DNA from: Verrucomicrobiota bacterium
GTDB lineage: Bacteria > Verrucomicrobiota > Lentisphaeria > Lentisphaerales > Lentisphaeraceae
Length of the DNA: 64,000 nt
Direction: 5' to 3'
NCBI GenBank assembly: GCA_039798785.1
Contig: JBDKFG010000002.1
Coordinates: 32,001-96,000, forward strand
In this document: positions 1 through 9,429 of the stretch, piece by piece
Numbering within the stretch: position 1 is the stretch's first letter
Layout: each line of letters begins with the position of its first letter
Position numbers and translations under genes: made by a program
Notes under the pieces: model-generated
Seen by the model: only the letters and a program-made list of their open reading frames with translations
What the model was told of the DNA's origin: nothing
Database searches by the model: none

Positions 1-1
1 G

Positions 2-172
2 CGACTTTACGATATTCTTGAGGCAATTGCAGAAGACCCCGATTTGAAGCACCCTCATTTTGATAGAATTACGAAATTATTCATCTCTGATTATTGGAAT
101 GGACTTCGTGAGATGGCGACACAAAAAAATAATTCTAGGATTTTACAGATTCTTGGCGATAAAAGAAGTTGA
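2..172 (+). CDS. 3' end of a hypothetical protein (partial, runs off the window start)
   Basis: Frame 2 is open from the window edge (RLYDILEAIAEDPDLKHPHFDRITKLFISDYW...DKRS) to TGA at 170-172. Confidence 0.5.
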   Translation, partial: RLYDILEAIAEDPDLKHPHFDRITKLFISDYWNGLREMATQKNNSRILQILGDKRS

Positions 173-477
173 TACCATGAGTCAAAGATGAACCTCCCAA
201 ATCGCATAGCTGTCAGGCTCGCCATTCCGATGACTCGTAAAATAGATATAGTGGATGCAGCGGATGCATGCAGCGGTCGCCGTTTGTGGGATTTTCCTGA
301 AGATTCTAGCAATCTCCTTCCCAAGCTTCGAAATCAATTCATCGATCCGCAGAAAAAAAATGGCACCTAGAATCTCCGCACTGAGCGTTGTTTCCTTACC
401 CGCACAAAGACTCAGAAATGCCATACAAGAGGAAGCTCCTGGATCGCCTTAGTTAACACGCGGCCGGGTAACCGAGT

Positions 478-747
478 CTAAGCCTTGGTGGGCAAAGCGT
501 AATTACTGCCGCCTGATTGCATCGTTCGGGGATCTATACGGGCGATGAAGAACCTGGGAAGCTGCAGATGAGACAACTGCGTGAAAAGATGCTCTTGAAC
601 CGGGATGTCGTGGCCATCGACACAAATCGTCTCATTGGGAAAGCAGATGCAGATGACGCCGGGATGTATGCTATAGAACTCACTGAAGCGGGCGCGGAAA
701 CGATCGTCGCTCGTCGGGATGGGATAGGTGATCATGTAGTAGACCAT
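478..747 (-). CDS. hypothetical protein (89 aa)
   Basis: ORF with GAGG RBS-like sequence upstream and protein-like composition. Confidence 0.45.
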   Translation of the reverse strand: MVYYMITYPIPTSDDRFRARFSEFYSIHPGVICICFPNETICVDGHDIPVQEHLFTQLSHLQLPRFFIARIDPRTMQSGGSNYALPTKA

Positions 748-1437
748 GAGGGACCTCTTGGTTTGTTAGGGTTGGATGCGCGGGGTGCGCATAAGATGGC
801 CTCCAGGGCAGCTCTAGGGCGCGCTCTTCGGGCCGCGCCTGGGCGTCCTGAGCGAAGCAACCTTGCGCCAGCCGCGCTTGGGCGTCCTGGCGACTTTGGA
901 CTTTCGAGCTTTCGATACCCACGCAACCAAAACCCAAAAACCTCAAAATCACGTGTGCGCGTAGGCGCCCGCCCGCGTTGGGGCATTTTTGAGCAGATGT
1001 GTGATTTCAGTATCGAAACATCTAAAGTTCTTATTATTAGGTGTTTGAAGTGATGGAGCTATGGCGTCGTACCAGGAACTGTCGTTGACGGTCGATTGAC
1101 GGTCGGGCAGATAGAACCCCGGCCTACGCAAAAAAGATCGGGGGGAAAGAGGGGGGCTCCGATCGGCGGTGGGGCGGGTTCCCGGGAGAGATGTGCACGC
1201 CATGCCGGACCAATGCACACATCGTAACTCGCTATGCTAGAAGAGGAAAGATTTCACACGAAACTATTTTTCAGAAATTTTTCGCTTGGGCGCTAGACAA
1301 GCTTTAAAGTGTACCTACTCTGGGTGGTGAGAGAGACCGAGGGGAAGCCACGGATATTAGCCTAATTCTACTGTGGCTCGAATTCTCCTTTTCATTGATT
1401 AAATCATAGAGGCCCCTCTTGTACTTCGTTTGGGAGA

Positions 1438-3291
1438 TTGACCATGGATATTGAGTATATTCCGCTGACTGCTGATATTGATACCTTGATTGCTAGCAGC
1501 GAGGAGGCTGAGCGCACGAGTGAGATCAATTTAAAGCTTTTGTACAGTAAGGATTCCATCAAAACTCTGGAATCCATTTTTGGTGAATCACAAAGAAACT
1601 TAGACAGCATCAAATTTAACCAATACACCTTTACCTCAGGAACGCCCAAATCATCCAGCGCAAAAAAGACATTTGGAATATCCAACATTGCGAAGCTCTG
1701 TCTTAACCGGGATTTTCGCGGCGAGGACATCGTTAAGTGCCCTATAACTGGCGGCCCTGATTTTGTAGCTTTATACATGTCTAGGTTTGGTCTAAACGAT
1801 CGATCTATGGCATTGGCTGCGATGAAGACAATAATCGCCAAGATAGCAGTTCCAGAGGAATCAATCAATACGTTACCTGTCGACAATCCATTCGACCAAG
1901 ACAAGCGCTTTTACAGAAGTGTAAAACTTAAAAATGATGAAGGCGTCTATAGAAATTACGGAGGTATCGGAATACCCATCTTAGCAACTTCAGGAGCTAG
2001 AAAAGACGATCCCAGAATAGCCGTTATTTTCGATGTAGCTGCGCAAGCAGACTCAGTTCAAGAAAATGACAAGTTTTTTTCGTGCTATGTCTTTGGTGAC
2101 CACGATCGCTTGGATGAAATGGATGCGAGCAGATTACTAAATAAGCGCGTCACTTATGTCATAAGCAGATCTCATGTCCATTGGCCGGAGCGCCTGGAAA
2201 AAGCCTTGAAATTTGGTCGGTACGCCAGCCATTTCTGCGATTTGACATTCTGTATGCACGAGCGCGATGGGGCGTTGCAGGAAATCGGCCGATGCGCGGA
2301 TCTTACAAAATTACTGGCTGCCGCCACAAGCCAAGGGCATTTACCAACGGAAATACCTAAGCCTGAAGTTGATACCAAGCCTGTCATCGAGGGCTTATGG
2401 CTGCCCGCCTCAAAGTTGATTCTCGCAGGCATAAGTAAAGAGACGAAATCGACACTTGGCTATAGCGCAGCCGAAGCGATCTCCGGCGGCGGGAAATTCC
2501 TTGGCCGTCAATGCAATGAATTAAAAGTAATGGTGGCGTTTTTCGAAATGTCAGAGAGTGAGCGTGAAATTCGAGGATTCGTTAGCGGGCGAAATTTAGT
2601 CATAAAGCAATATCATTCAATTAGAAACTCCTCACTTGCCGTTAAGGAAAGAGTGATTACGGGAATTATAGATGAGTGCATTAAGCTTGGTGTCAAGGTA
2701 GTGTTTTTTGATTCTTTATATAAAATTTTTAAGGAGCGAAGTGATAAGGAAATTGATCTTCTTATGAAACTATGTGACTGGGCCTCGGATAACGGAATCG
2801 CGACATGCTACCTGCATCATTTAAAAAGCAGAATGACACCTTCGGATACCTATAAGAGCAGGATAGCAGGCAGCGATATTCTTTCCAGAGACTTCGGTAA
2901 CTTCTTGTTTGTTAATAAAGAAAACAAGAAGAATCCAGATTGTAAGGCATTCACGGTGCATTACGATGGAAGATCAGGGCCACCTTGGATGATCCACACG
3001 GAGTTTATCGATGGACGTCACAAAGTGGTTGAAGGACAATCCATTCCCTCTAAAGGCTCGAAATCTAAAAAAAAAGACCTGACGACAGCTAAGGCGAAGG
3101 AGAGGCTCCTCAATATCGAAAAAACGCCTTTCTCCAGAGAAGATGCTTGTCTCGAAATTTGCAGGCCTGGAGATATTAGTGGGACGTATGCAGAAAAGAT
3201 CGTTCAAGATCTTGAGGACTCTGGTTTTATTGTATCGCCCACGAGATGCCCTAAAGCCTACCGGCTGACGACCCAAAGCAAAGCTGGTTAA
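1438..3291 (+). CDS. AAA_25/RepA-like (RecA-fold) helicase-domain protein, primase-helicase-like, with degenerate Walker A
   Basis: VIEGLWLP...LILAGISKETKST (Walker A position), VVFFDSL (Walker B), YLHH motif, possible C-terminal winged helix; annotated start is TTG, with an ATG at 1444. Confidence 0.65.
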   Translation: MTMDIEYIPLTADIDTLIASSEEAERTSEINLKLLYSKDSIKTLESIFGESQRNLDSIKFNQYTFTSGTPKSSSAKKTFGISNIAKLCLNRDFRGEDIVKCPITGGPDFVALYMSRFGLNDRSMALAAMKTIIAKIAVPEESINTLPVDNPFDQDKRFYRSVKLKNDEGVYRNYGGIGIPILATSGARKDDPRIAVIFDVAAQADSVQENDKFFSCYVFGDHDRLDEMDASRLLNKRVTYVISRSHVHWPERLEKALKFGRYASHFCDLTFCMHERDGALQEIGRCADLTKLLAAATSQGHLPTEIPKPEVDTKPVIEGLWLPASKLILAGISKETKSTLGYSAAEAISGGGKFLGRQCNELKVMVAFFEMSESEREIRGFVSGRNLVIKQYHSIRNSSLAVKERVITGIIDECIKLGVKVVFFDSLYKIFKERSDKEIDLLMKLCDWASDNGIATCYLHHLKSRMTPSDTYKSRIAGSDILSRDFGNFLFVNKENKKNPDCKAFTVHYDGRSGPPWMIHTEFIDGRHKVVEGQSIPSKGSKSKKKDLTTAKAKERLLNIEKTPFSREDACLEICRPGDISGTYAEKIVQDLEDSGFIVSPTRCPKAYRLTTQSKAG

Positions 3292-3386
3292 AAACTCGTC
3301 AACAGTAAAATGCGGCCTAGAATGTCCTTGCTGCGCGTCGTTTCTCTAGCTGTAGAAGGCGGCAGAATCGATGCTCAGAGGGAAGT

Positions 3387-3870
3387 TCTTGGATCGTCTT
3401 GGATCGTCTTGGATCGTCTTTCTCGGGCCTTGTAGCCCTTCCGCGAGCTTCCGACCCTCAGCGTCCCTCAGCGTCTTAAGGAGAAACCACCCAACCAAGC
3501 AATGACGACTTCGGTATCTTTTATTCGGCGGCCTCTGGTGAGTTCAGGACATCCGGGAATGAGCACGATTCCACACAGGTGTCCTTTTTGTCCTGATTGT
3601 CCGATAGAGCTTGGAGCGATCTCGATACATACTTCACATCTACTTGCTTACAAGGTGATTACGAAAAAGGACATAAATCAGGACATCGCCGGCCTCTGCC
3701 CCAGCACCAGTTTACTATTGCCAGTCGATCAAGTATGTCATAAGTTGGCCGCGCCCTCCCAATGATTATCGAGCCAACTTCTACCCAACAGCCCATCTCC
3801 AGCGCAGCTGCTCCTAAACGCAGCTGCTCCTAACCGGGATATAGATCTTAAACAGAGATGAAAACAGAGG
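3387..3870. repeat. cluster of short tandem and inverted repeats (possible iterons/origin)
   Basis: GGATCGTCTT x3 (3391-3420), CCCTCAGCGT x2 (3455-3474), TGTCC x3 (3580-3602) facing AGGACA x2 (3668-3685), CGCAGCTGCTCCTAA x2 (3803-3833). Confidence 0.7.
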
Positions 3871-4166
3871 GCTCCCGATCATGGCGCAGGCGCCGCCCTT
3901 AAGGAGGTGAAAACCGTCTCGATCCGAAAACTGTAAAAAAGTGAAACAAGCGATTTTCCTAGGAAGAAAGCAGCGCTCTTGACGGGGGGAGCTAACGCCT
4001 AGAAGGCCCTAAAAACGCGGAGCTGAGGAAGCGTTCAGGATGAGCTTTTAAGGCTTCTAGAAAGCCGCGCCGGTCATCCCTCAAATCATCTAACATACTC
4101 TCGCTTACATGATAAAAACACTCAGCCACCCGGCGATGAAGATCACCGGATGACTGCGCGTCAGGG

Positions 4167-4919
4167 TTAACTAGGGAAGGGAGTCCAAGGCTGAGGATAA
4201 GAAGGAATCCTATGCGTGGAACCCCAGGTGCGTCCGTAACCACCGTAAGCTTCTTTGGTGCAACGTTTCGCGAGGTACATCGCTTGGATGCGGCAGTAAT
4301 AAAGGTACGCTTCGAACTCTACAGGGTGGTCAGTTCTCAACATGACACCGTGGCATTGTTGAGGACGCGGGAAGCGATAGGGCCAAGCAGCTTTCGGCCA
4401 AGCCCACTCATGCCCGTAGTGAACCAAGCCTTCCGGGTTGACCAGGCAATCAGGTTGCTCTTCCCACGGGAAAACCGGGAACTTCTGGAGGAAAAGACGC
4501 TTCGCCTCTAGGCTTAGGTAAGCGCCCCACAGTTCTTGGGCTTTAGCGAAGTGGCCGTGGATGTTTTGATTGATCCTGCCATCGAAGAGGAAGTAGACAT
4601 GGTAGTGCCCGTGTTGCACACGGTTGTGAGGGCTCGTCCGGGACTTGTTGCGCTCCCTCACCCAGAGGTGGAAGACCTTGCCGTATTTACGCTCGCGGTT
4701 TTGGAGGTAGACGCGCATGAATTCACTGAAGACGTCAGGTTCGTTATAGGCCTGGCCATCGTTAGGGAAATGGAAGTCTAAGCGAACGAATAAGTTACGT
4801 GGCCGGTAGTCGATGGCCGTTTGGAGGATGTCTTCGCTTTTATAGGCAATGTCAATGGTGATTTCGTTGGTGCTGGAAGGATCTTCGAGGTAGGCTTTAC
4901 TGGCGTGGTGGTAGCTCAT
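4167..4919 (-). CDS. YagK/YfjJ (Inovirus Gp2-like) family protein, HUH endonuclease fold, motifs intact
   Basis: FVRLDFHFP, LWVRE, HGHYHVYFLFDG (HUH), YLAK; start chosen at the ATG following AGGAG. Confidence 0.75.
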   Translation of the reverse strand: MSYHHASKAYLEDPSSTNEITIDIAYKSEDILQTAIDYRPRNLFVRLDFHFPNDGQAYNEPDVFSEFMRVYLQNRERKYGKVFHLWVRERNKSRTSPHNRVQHGHYHVYFLFDGRINQNIHGHFAKAQELWGAYLSLEAKRLFLQKFPVFPWEEQPDCLVNPEGLVHYGHEWAWPKAAWPYRFPRPQQCHGVMLRTDHPVEFEAYLYYCRIQAMYLAKRCTKEAYGGYGRTWGSTHRIPSYPQPWTPFPS

Positions 4920-5303
4920 GGTTGGCTCCTGGGTTAGACGGTTGGGTTGTTGGGATGACGGGAGATGAGGGCGGTTGGAGGCGGTGGATCGAAGGGGCGA
5001 AGAGGAGGGGGCCTCATGTTTAGTCTCCATTTTATGAGGTTGAGGTGGTTAAGGTTGGGAGGCTCTCTTTCAATGGTTAAGCTTGTTAAACTATTAGCAT
5101 GTAATGAAGGCATGCTAATAGATCTATTTATGTATGTAAGTAGTTGCTTCTAGTATTTATATACAACTGGTATAAGTATATATAAATATTAGTTAATACT
5201 ACAATAATACCCAAGCTTAAATAAGATAGAAATTTTGTGAACTTTAGTCTAATTTATGTTCTATGGAATCCCCCCTTGCACGAGGCAAGGGGAGACGCCG
5301 AAT

Positions 5304-6077
5304 TCAGTCGTCCAAAGCGACCTCCTTGGGGACCAACTCAAAGTCTCCAGCTTCATTGATCGTGGTTAAGATTGGCCCAGACGACTTCATGCTTCTCAAG
5401 CTCAGACAGACGGAAAACACGCGACGATTTTTGTATTGACGGACAAGATGGTTGAGGATTATGATGCCATCGACCCAGCGAACAAGCGTCGAATGTCCAG
5501 CCACCGCACCCAGGGGGTTAACGGGATCGAACTTGGCATTTGAGGTGTGTTGCACCAGGAAGATGGTCACTCCATGGCTAGCGAGTTCCTTGCATGAGGA
5601 TAGCAAGATTTGAGTCTGCACTCGGCTGCGGTCAGATATAAGCCAAGATAAATTGTCGACAACCAACACCTTGAAGTCGTTTTCGAGCACATGATCCTTG
5701 ATCGCCTTGAGCGTGTATTCCAGCCTGAGTAGAGGGCTAGGCTCCTCAGATTGGGGACGCCTACTGGCCTGGGAAATCTCAGGGGTATCGGAGTTCATCA
5801 TTTGGCGCGAGCAGAAGTCTTCCTGTCTCAAGGCATCGTAGATCAGGGTCTTGGCCTGCTCCACGCGCTTGCTCCAGAGGAATCCGCCTGTGCTGAACTG
5901 CCGGGATAAGTGATTCTTAAATGAGGTTTTGCCAGATTTACTTGGTCCCAAAACCAGTATGATTTCCCCCTCAGTCACCAGATTTTCAATGAGTGGCATA
6001 GCCGCTTTGGGGGAAGATGCCGCCAAATTTTCGAAGCTGTCGTCCTGAGAAGAAGAGAGGTTTAATGATGTAGACAT
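5304..6077 (-). CDS. AAA_25 / RecA-family ATPase
   Basis: Walker A GPSKSGKT, Walker B LVVDN, LVQHT, AGHSTL motifs. Confidence 0.75.
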   Translation of the reverse strand: MSTSLNLSSSQDDSFENLAASSPKAAMPLIENLVTEGEIILVLGPSKSGKTSFKNHLSRQFSTGGFLWSKRVEQAKTLIYDALRQEDFCSRQMMNSDTPEISQASRRPQSEEPSPLLRLEYTLKAIKDHVLENDFKVLVVDNLSWLISDRSRVQTQILLSSCKELASHGVTIFLVQHTSNAKFDPVNPLGAVAGHSTLVRWVDGIIILNHLVRQYKNRRVFSVCLSLRSMKSSGPILTTINEAGDFELVPKEVALDD

Positions 6078-6231
6078 GGTGTGTAAATTCCTGATTTTGT
6101 GATGTTTTTGACATTGATGAGTTTATGCATTTTTAGGTTTTCGGATTCGCCATCGGCACCTCCTTTGCTTGCTAGCTTGGACTGAGCTGGTGGGACAGCA
6201 GCGAGGTCAGAGCTGGCTTAGCCCAAGGTAT

Positions 6232-6978
6232 TCATGTAGCATCTTGATCTGCTTCCCATTCGACTGGCAAACAGGTTGGATTGAATCCTTCGATTGCAGA
6301 AGCACGCCAAGGCTGAGGGTAGGACCGTACCCCTTGCGTATAACTCCAACTTTCCTCGTTCTCCTCGAAGGCGTCGTCAGAATGGGATTTTACGAGTTGC
6401 ATCGCATGCACACGGCAGTAATAAAGACGAGATTGGAACTCCTCGGAGGATTCACGTGTAAGCATCACTCCTTCACACTGCTGAGGACGAGGGAAGGAGA
6501 AGGGCCACGCCCATTTCGGGAATTTAAATTCTTTCCCGCAGCTAACCAATCGTTTAGCATCCACAGGCCCAAGGTTGGCCTCCTTGCTTAGGCAGCTTCC
6601 CCACAGCTCTTCCGCCGCAGTCAGATGAGCTTGGATGTTTTGAGTGGTCTTGCCATCGTAGAGGAGGATGAAATTGCAGAAGCCACGGGGGCCACGGCCA
6701 CGGCGGGCTTTGACTCGCTCCCGCAAAGCGACGTGGAAGATCTTGCCGTATTCAAGTTCTTGGCTCTGAATGAAGGCTTGGGTGAACTCGTTAAAGATTC
6801 TGGCTTCGTCGCATTGACGGGGATCATCAGGAAACTGAAGGACCAGACTCCAACAGAAATTGTGGGGCCTCAGGAAGTTTGCTTCTTGAAAGACGTCGTC
6901 GACCTTGTCAGCATTTTGCGAGCACACAGAATCATGACAAGGAGCTTCGATGCTAGGGCTAGGGCTGGAGGTTTTCAT
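6232..6978 (-). CDS. YagK/YfjJ family paralogue lacking the HUH and catalytic Tyr motifs
   Basis: Colinear with 4167-4919 (YGKIFH, QNI.H, ELWG, FPRPQQCxGVML, LYYCR, SYPQPW), but HGHYH is RGFCN and YLAK is QLVK. Confidence 0.7.
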   Translation of the reverse strand: MKTSSPSPSIEAPCHDSVCSQNADKVDDVFQEANFLRPHNFCWSLVLQFPDDPRQCDEARIFNEFTQAFIQSQELEYGKIFHVALRERVKARRGRGPRGFCNFILLYDGKTTQNIQAHLTAAEELWGSCLSKEANLGPVDAKRLVSCGKEFKFPKWAWPFSFPRPQQCEGVMLTRESSEEFQSRLYYCRVHAMQLVKSHSDDAFEENEESWSYTQGVRSYPQPWRASAIEGFNPTCLPVEWEADQDAT

Positions 6979-7070
6979 GGGTATTCCCTTCTTGTGTTGT
7001 GGGGATGAGTTGCGTTGGCGTTGGGTGTTGGATGGGGTGGAATAGGGGCGGCTTGCGCCCAAGGGGTGGC

Positions 7071-7445
7071 TTAGGATCTGTGGGGTGGCACCTCCTTGGC
7101 TCGTTTGGACTGAACTTGAGGAGGAGCAGAGGCAGAGAGATCGCCGCCTTGCTGGCGCGACTGGATGAAGCTCTCGACGGCGTGGCGTGACAGCCTAGTT
7201 GCACGTCCAATTTTAATTTTTGGGATTTGCTTTGTAGCGATGAGGGTGTATACGGAGCGTGTAGTAATCCTCAACGCTGCGGCCACGGCCGGCACAGTCA
7301 TCAATTCCATCGAGGGTTGCTCGGCCACGACAGGCCGGGTAGCCACACTGATCAGCTTTATGAGCCGATCCGGAGTGAGACCGGGGAAATCGTCTTGGGC
7401 GAGGGTGCAGAGGAGGAGGATGGTTTGCTGAAGCTCAGGTTTCAT
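7071..7445 (-). CDS. excisionase/AlpA-like HTH_17 DNA-binding protein
   Basis: LMTVPAVAAALRITTRSVYTLIATKQIPKIKIGRATRL; start uncertain (7445 or 7505). Confidence 0.8.
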   Translation of the reverse strand: MKPELQQTILLLCTLAQDDFPGLTPDRLIKLISVATRPVVAEQPSMELMTVPAVAAALRITTRSVYTLIATKQIPKIKIGRATRLSRHAVESFIQSRQQGGDLSASAPPQVQSKRAKEVPPHRS

Positions 7446-7563
7446 GAGTGGGTCCGGGAGTGTTGATGGCTCTATATTAGGCAGCCCCAAAACCGCGATC
7501 CCCATGAAATGAGCTCAAAGACGCTTATCGATCCGAGTCAAATTTCCCCTTCTTGAACTGACG

Positions 7564-7631
7564 CAACTCATTGATATGAAAACAGTAAAAAACTAAATTA
7601 TTGAAGTCGTAGGGGTTTTGTTGGGGTTTTG
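7564..7631. promoter_or_regulatory. IHF-consensus site plus 11-bp-period direct repeats (att-arm-like)
   Basis: CAACTCATTGATA (7564-7576) matches YAANNNNTTGATW; GGGGTTTTG at 7612 and 7623. Confidence 0.4.
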
Positions 7632-8160
7632 CGCCTCCACCCATCGCCGACACCAGGGAAGAAGCTGGAGGCAACACTCGACCTACACTGACGGCGGCAA
7701 CGCTCCATCCTGCGCCGAACGGCGCAGGATGACGCTGGGTTTACGATTGCGTGGGTGCGGGCTGATTTAAGACGCGCACTGGCGCGGCATTGGTGCCGTT
7801 GGCAGCGGGCGCAACAACTGTGACAACTGTGACGATGGAAACGCGTCGACGGTTGCAGGCTACCGGGATCGGGCTAGACTGCTGGCTGATACCAATGTGA
7901 GTCCAAGACGCATGAATGAAGCCGCATATCTCGACACGCAGCTGTCAGAATTCCGACACAGACGGGCCGCTTTCCGGCCCCTGCGCCGCCATTCACATCG
8001 GTTCATATCGCGGATGTCGCAAATCAAGATCGTTAACATATCGGGATCACAGAATTTACAACTCATTCCAAATCAACACTGTGTCGCTCTGCGACGAGCG
8101 ACCACACCCAACAAGTCTGTGCTTGCTTGTGCTTGTTTTGGTCTTGCACACCTCGAAAAG

Positions 8161-8232
8161 ATTCACCTCCAGAAAGGCAGAAGACACAGAGATCTCAAAA
8201 ACCTCTGTGCCCTCTGCGCCTCTGTGGTGAAT
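8161..8232. repeat. REP-like palindromic intergenic repeat (CACAGAG/CTCTGTG type)
   Basis: ATTCACC...CACAGAG-spacer-CTCTGTG...CTCTGTGGTGAAT imperfect inverted repeat just past the pilT stop. Confidence 0.6.
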
Positions 8233-8239
8233 CAATCGT

Positions 8240-9346
8240 TCAGCCGAGGATGCCGCCGTCGGTGTTGAGGAAGATGCCGCGCAGGTTCATGCCGAGCTGT
8301 TCCTTGTTGTTGGCGGTCTCGAGGGCAGCCTGTTCGGTGATGGTGCCGTCGTTGACCATCTGCAGGAGACGCTGGTCGAAGGTGAACATGCCGGCTTCCT
8401 TGCCGGCGGCGATGGCGTTGCTGAGCTTGTCGATCTTGTCGTCGAGGATCAGCTTGCGGATCGTCGCGGTCTGCACCAGGACTTCGTTGCAGGGAGCGAC
8501 GCCCTTGCCCGAAGCACGCGCCACCAGGCGCTGGCAGACGATCGCCTTGACGTTTTCCGCCAGGGACTTGCGCACCGCGTCGCGCTCTTCATGGGGGTAC
8601 ATGTCGAGCAGGCGGTTGATCGACTGGCCGGCGTTGGAGGTGTGCAGGGTCCCCATCACCAAGTGACCGGTGTCGGCGGCCTGAACCGCCGATTCAAGCG
8701 AAGTGCGGTCGCGGATTTCACCGACGACGATGACGTCGGGGTCTTGACGCAGCGCGTGTTTAAGCGCCGAGGCGAAGGAGATGACGTCAATGCCGACTTC
8801 GCGCTGTTCGATGACGCAGTTCTTGTCGACGAAGTTGTATTCGATCGGGTCTTCAATGGTGATGATGTGGCGGTTCATGGTCTGGTTCATGAATTCCAGC
8901 ATGCAGGCCATGGTAGTGGATTTACCCGAGCCGGTGGCGCCGGTGACCAGGATGAGGCCGCGTTCATAGGCGGCGATGTTGAGGATGATCTCCGGCAGGC
9001 CAAGGGCCTGGATCGGCGGCACGGTGGACTTGACGTGGCGGAAGCACAGGCACATCAGGCCGCGCTGGCGGTGCAGGTTGGCGCGGAAACGGCCGACCCC
9101 GGTCTCCTCGAAGGCGAAGTCGGCGTCGCCAGTCTCTTCGTACTTGGCGAGGATCTTCTCGCTCGCGATCTGGAGGATGCAGTGAGTCAGGAAGGCCTTG
9201 TCCGGAACGAAGGAGGCGTCCATCTCGTAGAGCTCGCCGTGGATGCGCAAAGCCACCGGAGAGCCTTCGCGGATGTGCCAGTCGGAGGCGTTTTCCTGGA
9301 CGCCGGAGAGGAGGATAGGGTTGAGGTTGGAAGTGACGGATGGCAT
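8240..9346 (-). CDS. pilT: PilT/PilU family type IV pilus retraction ATPase
   Basis: ASDWHI, GRFRAN, Walker A GATGSGKS, TIEDPIE, ALRQDPDVIVVGEIRD, TGHLVMGTLH; AGGAG RBS before ATG 9346. The AIRNLIRE motif reads TIRKLILD, so PilT versus PilU is unresolved. Confidence 0.9.
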   Translation of the reverse strand: MPSVTSNLNPILLSGVQENASDWHIREGSPVALRIHGELYEMDASFVPDKAFLTHCILQIASEKILAKYEETGDADFAFEETGVGRFRANLHRQRGLMCLCFRHVKSTVPPIQALGLPEIILNIAAYERGLILVTGATGSGKSTTMACMLEFMNQTMNRHIITIEDPIEYNFVDKNCVIEQREVGIDVISFASALKHALRQDPDVIVVGEIRDRTSLESAVQAADTGHLVMGTLHTSNAGQSINRLLDMYPHEERDAVRKSLAENVKAIVCQRLVARASGKGVAPCNEVLVQTATIRKLILDDKIDKLSNAIAAGKEAGMFTFDQRLLQMVNDGTITEQAALETANNKEQLGMNLRGIFLNTDGGILG

Positions 9347-9429
9347 GTTCTGACTCCTCTGGGCTGTAAGGGGACTAGGCAAGGCGTTCTGACATTATAG
9401 CTTGAATGCGGCAAGAAAAGGAAGGGGCG

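Larger units (their letters stand above)
1..7640. mobile_element. phage-satellite / integrative element-like region (left end outside the window)
   Basis: Excisionase-type HTH, two YagK/YfjJ-family genes, two AAA_25 ATPases, repeat-rich intergenic DNA, and an IHF site plus direct repeats at 7564-7631. Confidence 0.6.

Noticed and set aside
940..1200. Phage cos site
   Set aside because: Only a vague resemblance; no terminase or HNH gene adjacent and no exact known cos sequence recognised
3387..3480. Tandem repeats considered as a CRISPR array
   Set aside because: 10-bp units with no spacers; no CRISPR array was seen anywhere in the window
8591..9400. 269-aa plus-strand ORF
   Set aside because: Antisense shadow of pilT, typical of high-GC codon bias
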